Shown in pieces: positions 31,559 through 41,058 of a DNA stretch of 64,000 nt. The position numbers and the translations under genes were made by a program. The notes beneath the pieces are model-generated. The model did not search any database. It was given only the letters and a program-made list of their open reading frames with translations, and had not been told where the DNA came from. Each line of letters opens with the position of its first letter. The first letter of the stretch is position 1. The DNA comes from a virus (lineage: Duplodnaviria; Caudoviricetes). The stretch lies in the IMG/VR virus record IMGVR_UViG_3300020577_006105. One strand, written 5' to 3'.

Positions 31559-32571
31559 AGCGAGTTCCAATCGCTGATTATCCTAGCGAGAACAGATACT
31601 GCTGACTCGCAAGCGTATTACCCTTGACAAGTGGACTTGGATACCAAGCAGCCTTGGCAAGCAACACTCCGCCAGCAGGAAATGTGCTTACTGCCGCAGG
31701 CGGCGGAACCGCCACGCTACCCACCAATGCTTCTGTCCAATGGAATTGAGCCTCTGAAGCGTCGTAGTCAGTTTGCCAAGTTAGTGTAGGCAGACCGTCA
31801 ACCAGTCCTTCAGTTGGGTAACTAGCCGCAACTGCGCGATATGCTTTGTCTGAACCATATCCAGATGCCGTTAGGTCTGCTGCGTTGTTTCTACCCGAAA
31901 TAACGACATACGTGCCACTAGAGCGCGAATATCGTAATGGTTTTGTGAACGTAATTGTTCTGGCTAGAGGACTTCCACTTGCGGCAGAAACCGTTGCTAC
32001 CTCGGCATACTCAAAGTTGGTTGGGTCTGGTGGCCATGGTGACGTGGATGGTGGTGGTGTAGTGCTGTCAGTAAACAATAACACATCTCCGGCCGCAATG
32101 GTCGTAGTGTATGTGTTGTAGTTGTTCTGTGCATAGTTGCTGGGTGTCTCTCTGACGCTGATGCTATCGGCTGTACCATTCGCAGTAAAAGCTGCGGCAA
32201 GTTGCCCAATAACCAATCCATTGCCAACGCCCAAAAATGTATAGGCATTTGAGAACTTCTGAACAGTTGTTGAGATACCCGCACCCCAGCACAACAGACC
32301 CGCAAGACCGTCTAATACAGCCACGTTTGGCGTCTCATAAACGTCTGTGCAATAACCGTAATACTGCTTCCAGAATGAATCATCTCGATGCTCGGGTGGC
32401 GTTTTGAGCATTAGGTCGTTGGCCGCAGTTCGTGCCTTAATATCTGGCCATAATAAAGCACGAAAACGCCCGAATTTTTTCACACTTTCGGCTTGCATTA
32501 AGCCGGCAATTGCTTTTTGTACGTCGTTTGGTCTTGAGTTTGTCATATTTGTCTCCGCGTTGGAACTCGCT
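31559..32571. repeat. 12-bp inverted repeat pair flanking the 322-aa gene
   Basis: AGCGAGTTCCAA (31559-31570) and TTGGAACTCGCT (32560-32571) are exact reverse complements, each in a short intergenic gap. Confidence 0.75.
31578..32546 (-). CDS. putative tail/baseplate structural protein
   Basis: N...G...LL...FLGVGNG...YPT...TW..DY...EA..HW.E pattern resembling phage tail-fibre/baseplate anchoring domains; lies inside the structural block. Confidence 0.5.
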   Translation of the reverse strand: MTNSRPNDVQKAIAGLMQAESVKKFGRFRALLWPDIKARTAANDLMLKTPPEHRDDSFWKQYYGYCTDVYETPNVAVLDGLAGLLCWGAGISTTVQKFSNAYTFLGVGNGLVIGQLAAAFTANGTADSISVRETPSNYAQNNYNTYTTTIAAGDVLLFTDSTTPPPSTSPWPPDPTNFEYAEVATVSAASGSPLARTITFTKPLRYSRSSGTYVVISGRNNAADLTASGYGSDKAYRAVAASYPTEGLVDGLPTLTWQTDYDASEAQFHWTEALVGSVAVPPPAAVSTFPAGGVLLAKAAWYPSPLVKGNTLASQQYLFSLG

Positions 32572-32586
32572 TGTCTACTTATACAT

Positions 32587-35500
32587 TTATTCGGGGGCTT
32601 CCATGATATTCACTCTATCAGCGCAGACAACTAATGAATTTTGATATTGGCAGGCTGTCCTGACATTGACAAATCCATACACAACCTCATCCCTTGGCAT
32701 ATTCGGATTCTCGGTCTTCCAGTATTCTCCTACGCGATTGTATGAATAAGCATGCGCTGTTCTCGAGTCTGGATTGTCAAAAGCATTGTATTGAGGATAG
32801 CCCTGTGTAAATGCCCACAACGCACCCTGATATGTGGTCAATGTAGTTACTCCACCAGATGAAGGGAATCTCCACATCAAATCAAAGTCTTTGGTTTCAT
32901 ACAAAACAGGCGCCTGTGACTCGCCAATATAGAAGCGCATATGTGACCAACCAAATGTTGACTGTGCTTCTGTTGCCATGATTTTACCAAAGATGACTTC
33001 AGACTTCTCTGTTGGCCATCCAAGAAAATCGGTTTCATTGATAACCGGCGTGCTCTTTCTACCAACCCAAACTTTAACATCTCTGTCTGTCACACCAATT
33101 CGAATCGGTGTGAAGTTATCAGTGATGTTATTGCTACCAAGGTCAGTATTGCAGCTAATGTAGTCAATATCAAAGGTGTAATCACCTTCGTCATCTAGTG
33201 CAGGAATAGCTTCATCGGATTCGCGCAAAACACCGCGCAATTGCAATGCAATCGAGCGCATGGTGCCAACCCAAGGTGGCGAGAATTTGTACGTAACAAA
33301 GTGCGCGTCTGCGCTAACATCTACGCTTTCAGAAAAAACAAAGTCAGTTGGTGCAGGGTTACTTACCGGAGACCAAGCCATGTACAGCTTCGTGTCATTA
33401 GTGTTGAACCCGGATGCATTCAGTCGCATTCTAACATAGAAATACACAGAGTTGTCTACTTCTACACCGTCGTCATCTGCTTTCCAGTAGATGACTGGGT
33501 CACCATCAAGCAATGCGTGTACTCGCAAGGATTGAGTTTGGCGAGCGAAGGTCGCAGTATCTGACTCGTTTTCAACGAATATGTTACCCGCCGCATTGTT
33601 GGTAAACGGAATTACGAAATCACCAGCAAGCCAATCTTCGGTTTCACCAGCACCTTCTTCGCCAGTCCAGTATGGACCATAGTCATTGCCCTCAGTGGTG
33701 CCTGCAAAGTTCCACACCTTCTTATTACCTCGTTCTGGATATACAATTCCACCGGTGTGTGTTAGAATTGTGACGTCATCACTCCAGCCAGCGTAGTTCC
33801 TGACGACTGTGTTGCTACCACTCGTTAGGGTCATTTCGGTGTCGTCAAAATCAAGCCTAACTCGATATCTACCATCAGCAATCTCAATACTTTGTCTTCC
33901 GTCTCCTTGAATGTGCATAAGATTGAATTCCATCATCCAGTTTTCAGCATTACTACATGCCTGTTCCCAGTCCGAACCAGTGTCTGTTCTGAATATCACA
34001 CTTCGTTCTGCGGGGCCGTCAAGGGTAATGAGCTCTCTCATTCCAATTTCTTCATTGGGTTCAGTGATGGCGGCCCAAGTAATCAATGGGTCGTTCTCGG
34101 ATGACATTGTGATTCCGCCAGAAAGCTGGTTTACATCAGTTGCGAAAAATTGCCATGGTGCAGGGTTGTTGACAAACCATCTGTCAAAATATGTTGTTGA
34201 CCACAGTTCATCAGTAATTGGCTGGTCGACTTTCTTTTGAGAGTATGACCATATTTCTGGTTTGTTGCCAATACCAGCAACAACCTGCTCGTTTGCTGCC
34301 GCCAAACAAGTAACAGGCATGCTGTAAGATTCGTTCACGCCAATAAACTTCGACCGCAACTCGGTTTCTACCAATGCAGCCTCTGTGTCTCCTAGTTCTG
34401 CGTCGTATTCTCGAATGTATTGCAGTATCTTGTTTGAGTCTGTGCCGATAAACAGGCGATTGTATTCACCGACAGCGCAAGTCAAACTGCCTGGTTCGGT
34501 GCTTTCCAAAAATCCTGTACCTATTTGCTCGAGTCCACTAGTGGTTTCAAGTGTTTCTGCGGCAAATCTATACAATCTTGGTTTGATTGCTGTGCCGGCG
34601 TAAACATGCGAACTGCTTTCGTGCTGGAATTTGAATTTGACCAAGAATGTCACTGGTAATTCCACATCATCCTCGGACAGAGAGAACAGGCTTGGGACAA
34701 CTACTGTACCGTCAAATCCCCAGATATTTCCAGAGTATCCACCTAGTGCAATATAGTCAGAAAGTGGGAGAATACTCAGTACGCCCTTCTCGCCATATCC
34801 TCCGATGTCATAAGCAAGTTCTAGCCTAGCGCCGTCCCAGCGATACAATACACCTGTTTTTCGAGACACTGTTACGTTGAATGTTGGTGACTCTGGCAAT
34901 GCACCACAGAACACAATCAATCCACGCTCGTTGTCAATACGATATGAATTGGCAGGCGCACCGTAGCAAAGGTCATCGCCGCCAAATGGGACAAATCTTG
35001 TCCACTCTTCACTGTCCACGGTAATGGTGATGTCATCTATATCGCGAACATACACTACTCTACCAAGGTCGTTTTCGTTTGGAGATGTGACTAAGTACGC
35101 ATCTCCGCTAGAGTATTCTGGGTCAGTACTTACTGTTAGAGTGTAGTCTTCATATGTGATGAATTCAATTCCACCTAAGTACAACCATTCTTTATCACTG
35201 CCGGGCGGTGTCCAAGTACACGAACACGTAAATAGCCTTTTGCTACCGGATGTGTCAGAAATGATTTCCCACAACGGTTCTGGTTGATTTGCATTGTTGC
35301 CATAATCTCTGAACTGTGCCTCAATACGCTTGATGCCATCGGCCAGTAAATCGTCGTCTGGTACATTTACGCCAATATCATTTTTGATGTATTCAAGATA
35401 AGGTGCCCAATTAGACCAACTAGAGCCAACACCGGCTTGAGACATTCGAATTCGAACATCTTTGACATCCGTAATTCTATCATTCAAGTCTAGCTTGACC

Positions 35501-38500
35501 GTGCTGTCAGCTTCCTTAGTTGTAGACAGCGTAGCACCAGAATCAGGGTTGACAATCGCAAGCTCACCGGTTGGTGCAGTGGTGTCAACGAGCGCAAGGG
35601 ATTGAGCAGTCACAGTCAACGGCTCGCTTTCGCTGATATTTCCGGCAGTGTCCATGACCTGTGCCCAGATTCTTCTTGCGCCATCCATGGACTGGTTTTG
35701 TGACAACATTTCTGTGTCAAGTTCGCCTTGAGAGTCAAGCGGCCAGCGGCCGTGCAAATACACTGTGTAGTGTACTGTGGTTGCCTCTGGGGCAACTGTA
35801 AGCCATGTTTGGCTTGTTGTGCCCATTACATAATATGGAGGTGTTTCATTTGGTTCATCAAGGTGTAAATACCATGTGGTTCCGCCATATGTAGTCCCTT
35901 CTTCAACCGCAATCTTGATGTTTGGATGCAATTCGTCATCTTCATCAAAATCTGTCGCTCGAGACCACGCACCCGACAGATTAACAATGTATACACCGTT
36001 CGCCGCCGAACTTGATTGTGCCACCAACAAGATTCTTTCACCATCAGACCAGCTTGAATATCCGTCTATTGTTCCAGGCGAACCATTAAGCACGACCTGG
36101 TTTGATGTCTGAACAACCTTGACCGTACTGAGTGTTCGGTATGCTACAAAGTGATTCCAATTCTGCCAAGGGCCGTATTGAGCGATACCATTGTCGCCTT
36201 CTTTGATAATTCTGAACGCCATGATTCCAGAATCACTATCATTGGCGTCGATGGCCAACAGAGCACTGCGCACTGATGGCTCCTGCACTTCTGAAATCTT
36301 CGGCCGCGTGCTTGTGTAATATCCAGGCGCAACACGGTCTACCAGTACATAATCTGATAGTAACGATGCGTTACCACTTAATCGCGCATGTGAGTCAGCG
36401 GAAAGTCTGCACTGAATATATGCACCATTAAGTGCATTGTTGTATCGTTCTGAATGATACAAAAATAGCTTGTGATACACCCCAAAAGCGCGTGTGGCAC
36501 CAATCAACCCGCCCTCAGTGAACCGTTGTAGTTCGCCCATGCGTTTTGCGTTTCCGGTTGCAATCTCACACCCAGAAGGCAACATTACAGACATCCACAG
36601 TTGTCTGCCCTCCGTGGCGGTTACTTCTGAAGTACACAGGTCAAATTGAACTAGATAGTTTTTGGACATCGTGTATCCAATAGTTGTGTGGAAACCATTT
36701 GATGTACCGTTGGTATGCCATTGGCTTACTGGATTACCAACTTGCTCGTCCTCAACATATTCGTAAAATCTTACCTTTGGTGATGTTTTTGGCTTGAAGT
36801 TGTTTTCTGTAGGTCGGATTAGTACTTCTGCAAGTTTTAGGTAAACATCTTCTGAGTTAATCAATTTGTTTACGCCAGTAAGCGTTATCAACTGATTAAA
36901 CATCGCTGATTTCCATGTCAATGGAGTGATGTCTAAATTGAATGTTCCAACCCATTCATCAATATACCAAGCAGTACCCAAGCAACTACCAGAACTTGTG
37001 GTTAGCTCAGTTATGATATATGGTGTTTCATTGATAACAAGGTTGCCGTCAGTAGTGGCACAAAACACAGAACCTTCATATGTATTGCCATTCAATACGA
37101 TGATGATAGTTCCGCTTGGGAACTCTCCATACGTATCTGCATCAGTAGACCTAACCCATATACCATCGCTACCAGTGCCAACTACAGAAACAGTGTAAAG
37201 GCCATTTTTTACTTGCTCTGCAGGGTCGTCGCCTATGACTAAAATAACATCATTCACGCGCACAGGAAACCCATCAACAGAGCTAGGCATGTTTTGTAAC
37301 GTGCCTGTAAAGACATACTCTTCACCAGCCAAGAATTCATATGCCAATCTTGCGTATCGAGCGTCATCAACTTCAACCCTGTTTCCGTATTGAACATGTG
37401 CATTAGTAGACAAGTCGTATGAACGAGTCCATATTCCGTTTGAACCAGAACCTACTGAATTGACGACATAGATACCATTCTCTGATGGATTGGTTTGATT
37501 GACACACAATACGCGATGGTTCACCGACAGCGGTATGCCGTCTACTGTATCTGGTGCCGAACCAAATGAAATGTTTTCTTGGGCCACGCATTGAACATTG
37601 GTATATGTCTCAGGCGCCGCAGGAATTTTAATCCACATGTCAGACTCATCGGTAATTGATGAAACCATTCTTTGCCCAATAAGGTGCTTGTGATTGTGCT
37701 GTGCTGTTTTGCCCTTGGTAAATCTTCTGAAGTGCGGCGAAGGATTGCCGTCTAGCGGCTTAACAATTGGTTCTGGCATCATGCTGAATGCTTTAAGAAC
37801 CGCGTGTCCTTGTGCTAAGTTGTTGTCTTCAGACCAATCGCTAAAATCACCATTAAGTCCTCCTCGAACGCCTGCAGCAACGTACCATCCGGTTCCGTTG
37901 ATGTTTCCACTTAATGGTAAGTCTAGTTTGTGACTGCCCCAAAATTCTCCGTCTTTTCTGACAACAATCCAAGTTCCGTGTCCTCTTCCCTTTGGGGGAA
38001 CAGTAGATACCTGAATGTTCCACTCTGTAAACGTTTCTGCTCCAACATCTTCGGAATCAATCGGTGCATATCTTCTCATCTTACGCTTGGTAAGGGTTCC
38101 ATCAGAGTGCCTCTGTCTAATTTCAATAGAGCGGTCTCTTGTTTTGAAGCAAACCATGATGGCTTCTGGTGAAGATGTTTCAACATCTTCGTATTCACAC
38201 CTCAATCCGGTTGGTATGCCGTTTTGAGCATAGTCTTGACTAAGCGTAACATAGAAGTCTCCAGAGTAGTGCGCAAGTTCAAAGTCAATGAATGTTCTCA
38301 ATCCAAATGATGGTATATACGCCTGGACCTCTGAATATGATATGCTGGATTCTGACGACGGCGCTCTTAGATACAATCGGTCGTTGTCGGCTATGGCAGC
38401 GTCGCCATATGCAGTTTCTGTGTAAGTAAACACACCAAAGTCTGTATCTAAATTGTCAGCCCAAAGATGGTCTGAATCGTCAATTTGAACGTGCGGGAAC

Positions 38501-40029
38501 TCTACTACTCCGGTATGGTTGCATGTACAGTCACCATAGTCACCACCTATAACAAATCTGCCAGCCGCCATCGCAAGTTCGTGGAACCAAACCAAACAAT
38601 CAACATTAGACCCAGCACCAACAATTGCGCCAAGATACGAAAAATCATCTAATGATTGAACAATGGCGTCTGCTATGACATACGAATCACAAGGAGAAGT
38701 ATTTTCATATTGTGTGATTTCACATGGTGTGATATAGGCACGAATCAGTGCCAGTCCATCATTGCGGTCTGTGGCATACATCTCAAGCAATCCCCCAAGA
38801 CGAATCTGCTCTGTGGCTTGCTCAGGTAATGTAGTAGTCAGAATGACATTTGGTTCCTTAACACCGTCGTGTAGTCGGTATAGCTGTGCAGTAGCTGCAC
38901 CATAGGCAGGAACATCTACGCGTACAATATACGCATGACCAACATTGGGTAAGTCCCATGCATTGTTGCCAATACCAATGTAAAACGTTGTTTCTGCTGT
39001 TGGATTGTCTTCAATCTCAAATTGGATAGATGCGTTGATTGCTATGTCCGGTCGCTTGAGGTCCAGGTCGACTTCTTCAACAGTTATGGCTGCCATGTTG
39101 GCACCAGCCGCGAAAGCAACAGGTGTATGAGCAGGAATTAGACCAATTGCTGTTCCAAATGTTTCTCCGTTGAACATGTAACCATATTTATAAGTGTGTT
39201 GTGCTGGATAGTGTGGCAATATGAGTCGTCTTACGCCTGGGTTGTCAAATCCAGCCCTTGTGCTATAAAATGCGTTTTCAACACCATCAACAACTGGCCT
39301 AAGTTCAATGATATCAGTGACATACCGAGAAACACCTGTGTTGTATCGCCCCGACGCATGTTCTTCAGAGGCCCTGAATTCCCATGTAGTTTTCTTCCCT
39401 GTGTATTCATCTGACACATTGATTGCATATGGCTTTCCTGGGGCGCCTGGTCGCTCTGACTGCCAGAAAATCTGGTCATACAATCCGTAGTCATTTGGAT
39501 AAGTAATAACTTGCGAACTTCCAGTCGCAAGAACCTCGGCCTGAAGATAAACCGCACTTAAGCCACCGGTTGCAGAAAGTGGCCAGCCTTCAATGACAAA
39601 AAATCCAGTAAACCCAGTTGTGCCGGCTTCTGCACCGTCGTCGTCCCAGCCGGTTCTGTATTGGTCTACTGATTCTCCAGTGAAAAACAATGGGTTGAGC
39701 TTTCGTCTATAGTTGTTGCTCGTGCTAAAGGTGGCTGGCGAAGCAGGCCAGTTTTCCACAACCACAGTATTGCTCGCATGAAACTCAGGGTCGTTACTGA
39801 GTCTAAGTGAAATAATTCTTGATAGTGCGACCTCTTCTCTTGTTTCTGTGTCAACAAGTTTGAACCCAATGACAATATCGTGTTGATTGTACGATGTATC
39901 AGCATCGTACAACGAAGAATCCGCGCTAACCTTGTCTGTGGAGTACACTTCACCTCTTTCAACAAAATCACCGCGCAGATAACTGCTTCTCAGGTTATCG
40001 GGTAGTAAAACTTGGACTTCTATTGGCAT
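32587..40029 (-). CDS. giant (2480 aa) tail-fibre-like virion protein
   Basis: Three copies of a tail-fibre module (RVL/RIL..Q....NG[IV]Y.V....W.R[SA].D), Ig-like D-x-AGN modules and propeller repeats. Confidence 0.7.
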   Translation of the reverse strand: MPIEVQVLLPDNLRSSYLRGDFVERGEVYSTDKVSADSSLYDADTSYNQHDIVIGFKLVDTETREEVALSRIISLRLSNDPEFHASNTVVVENWPASPATFSTSNNYRRKLNPLFFTGESVDQYRTGWDDDGAEAGTTGFTGFFVIEGWPLSATGGLSAVYLQAEVLATGSSQVITYPNDYGLYDQIFWQSERPGAPGKPYAINVSDEYTGKKTTWEFRASEEHASGRYNTGVSRYVTDIIELRPVVDGVENAFYSTRAGFDNPGVRRLILPHYPAQHTYKYGYMFNGETFGTAIGLIPAHTPVAFAAGANMAAITVEEVDLDLKRPDIAINASIQFEIEDNPTAETTFYIGIGNNAWDLPNVGHAYIVRVDVPAYGAATAQLYRLHDGVKEPNVILTTTLPEQATEQIRLGGLLEMYATDRNDGLALIRAYITPCEITQYENTSPCDSYVIADAIVQSLDDFSYLGAIVGAGSNVDCLVWFHELAMAAGRFVIGGDYGDCTCNHTGVVEFPHVQIDDSDHLWADNLDTDFGVFTYTETAYGDAAIADNDRLYLRAPSSESSISYSEVQAYIPSFGLRTFIDFELAHYSGDFYVTLSQDYAQNGIPTGLRCEYEDVETSSPEAIMVCFKTRDRSIEIRQRHSDGTLTKRKMRRYAPIDSEDVGAETFTEWNIQVSTVPPKGRGHGTWIVVRKDGEFWGSHKLDLPLSGNINGTGWYVAAGVRGGLNGDFSDWSEDNNLAQGHAVLKAFSMMPEPIVKPLDGNPSPHFRRFTKGKTAQHNHKHLIGQRMVSSITDESDMWIKIPAAPETYTNVQCVAQENISFGSAPDTVDGIPLSVNHRVLCVNQTNPSENGIYVVNSVGSGSNGIWTRSYDLSTNAHVQYGNRVEVDDARYARLAYEFLAGEEYVFTGTLQNMPSSVDGFPVRVNDVILVIGDDPAEQVKNGLYTVSVVGTGSDGIWVRSTDADTYGEFPSGTIIIVLNGNTYEGSVFCATTDGNLVINETPYIITELTTSSGSCLGTAWYIDEWVGTFNLDITPLTWKSAMFNQLITLTGVNKLINSEDVYLKLAEVLIRPTENNFKPKTSPKVRFYEYVEDEQVGNPVSQWHTNGTSNGFHTTIGYTMSKNYLVQFDLCTSEVTATEGRQLWMSVMLPSGCEIATGNAKRMGELQRFTEGGLIGATRAFGVYHKLFLYHSERYNNALNGAYIQCRLSADSHARLSGNASLLSDYVLVDRVAPGYYTSTRPKISEVQEPSVRSALLAIDANDSDSGIMAFRIIKEGDNGIAQYGPWQNWNHFVAYRTLSTVKVVQTSNQVVLNGSPGTIDGYSSWSDGERILLVAQSSSAANGVYIVNLSGAWSRATDFDEDDELHPNIKIAVEEGTTYGGTTWYLHLDEPNETPPYYVMGTTSQTWLTVAPEATTVHYTVYLHGRWPLDSQGELDTEMLSQNQSMDGARRIWAQVMDTAGNISESEPLTVTAQSLALVDTTAPTGELAIVNPDSGATLSTTKEADSTVKLDLNDRITDVKDVRIRMSQAGVGSSWSNWAPYLEYIKNDIGVNVPDDDLLADGIKRIEAQFRDYGNNANQPEPLWEIISDTSGSKRLFTCSCTWTPPGSDKEWLYLGGIEFITYEDYTLTVSTDPEYSSGDAYLVTSPNENDLGRVVYVRDIDDITITVDSEEWTRFVPFGGDDLCYGAPANSYRIDNERGLIVFCGALPESPTFNVTVSRKTGVLYRWDGARLELAYDIGGYGEKGVLSILPLSDYIALGGYSGNIWGFDGTVVVPSLFSLSEDDVELPVTFLVKFKFQHESSSHVYAGTAIKPRLYRFAAETLETTSGLEQIGTGFLESTEPGSLTCAVGEYNRLFIGTDSNKILQYIREYDAELGDTEAALVETELRSKFIGVNESYSMPVTCLAAANEQVVAGIGNKPEIWSYSQKKVDQPITDELWSTTYFDRWFVNNPAPWQFFATDVNQLSGGITMSSENDPLITWAAITEPNEEIGMRELITLDGPAERSVIFRTDTGSDWEQACSNAENWMMEFNLMHIQGDGRQSIEIADGRYRVRLDFDDTEMTLTSGSNTVVRNYAGWSDDVTILTHTGGIVYPERGNKKVWNFAGTTEGNDYGPYWTGEEGAGETEDWLAGDFVIPFTNNAAGNIFVENESDTATFARQTQSLRVHALLDGDPVIYWKADDDGVEVDNSVYFYVRMRLNASGFNTNDTKLYMAWSPVSNPAPTDFVFSESVDVSADAHFVTYKFSPPWVGTMRSIALQLRGVLRESDEAIPALDDEGDYTFDIDYISCNTDLGSNNITDNFTPIRIGVTDRDVKVWVGRKSTPVINETDFLGWPTEKSEVIFGKIMATEAQSTFGWSHMRFYIGESQAPVLYETKDFDLMWRFPSSGGVTTLTTYQGALWAFTQGYPQYNAFDNPDSRTAHAYSYNRVGEYWKTENPNMPRDEVVYGFVNVRTACQYQNSLVVCADRVNIMEAPE

Positions 40030-40079
40030 TCGATAATATCACCACACACAATCCTTTTACAGTATTGTGTTTGTTCGCA

Positions 40080-41057
40080 TTAACCCAAAAGAGGGTCGTC
40101 TTCATATTGGTCTACAATTTCTGCTCCGGTTGCAGTGACCGCCATTGCGACGGGCAAGTCAGTATTGATTTCCATTGGCATGTAAACTGACAAATATGCG
40201 AAACCGTCGACATAATCGACTGTGTCTTCTTTATGGAATGCATACGATGCGTAGAACACCGAGCGCGTACTGTCTGTAGATACTTGTCGAGTCATCTCGA
40301 CTGCAACTGGTTCGTCAACAGTGTCGAGTCCAGCAGGCAAGTAAATGTGTAACACGGGTTCGACATCATCTGGAATAACAACATTGGAGATGATTTTGAA
40401 ATACATTGTGCGCTTTGTGGTACCAAGTCCTATTTCTAGTACCTGAAGCTCAGATTCACTGAGTCCTGCACGATATATTGGAACAGTTGAAATTACCGGA
40501 ATACCGAGACGCATTGGCCTTGGCACAGTTCTTGACGCATCATCAAACACCGCAATTGAGAACTCTGGCAATACACCGTTGCTTGTAACCACATAAGTTC
40601 CGCTTGACATCGCCCTGGCATTCATTGCAACCATGCTTGTCATGGCTTTGGCTGAATCATTAGGCATATAAAGCGTCACAATTGAGTGAGTACCACTTGG
40701 GTATATGTTGAGTTGATTGCCAGACGCCATGCATGTGCTTCTTTCGCACAACATGAAGACATCACTGACATTGAATGAGTTGTTTCCAATCATTTCAATG
40801 GCATCATTGAATTGTATGGTGTACCCCTCTGGTGCTGCGGTTTTGTTTGTAAACTGAACCACAACTGTATCATCGTGCTTGAATACAATGATGCTTAAAT
40901 CACCCTTGCGTATATTGATAGATTCGCCGCCCTTCATAGACATGATTTGGGCGTCGGCCATGTTACGAATTGAGAATTTAACCAATGTTTCGTGTGGGCT
41001 TTCAACACTGATGTTCAGCAGCGAATAGTCTTGTTTGGCAAAAATGCTAAAATCCAT
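40080..41057 (-). CDS. hypothetical beta-rich protein in the structural block
   Basis: 325-aa ORF abutting its neighbours; no motif recognised. Confidence 0.65.
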   Translation of the reverse strand: MDFSIFAKQDYSLLNISVESPHETLVKFSIRNMADAQIMSMKGGESINIRKGDLSIIVFKHDDTVVVQFTNKTAAPEGYTIQFNDAIEMIGNNSFNVSDVFMLCERSTCMASGNQLNIYPSGTHSIVTLYMPNDSAKAMTSMVAMNARAMSSGTYVVTSNGVLPEFSIAVFDDASRTVPRPMRLGIPVISTVPIYRAGLSESELQVLEIGLGTTKRTMYFKIISNVVIPDDVEPVLHIYLPAGLDTVDEPVAVEMTRQVSTDSTRSVFYASYAFHKEDTVDYVDGFAYLSVYMPMEINTDLPVAMAVTATGAEIVDQYEDDPLLG

Positions 41058-41058
41058 A

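Noticed and set aside
40029-40055. AGG-N19-TCGAA as another copy of the candidate late promoter
   Set aside because: Its downstream element overlaps the annotated start codon, so it cannot serve that start as drawn. It was not counted.
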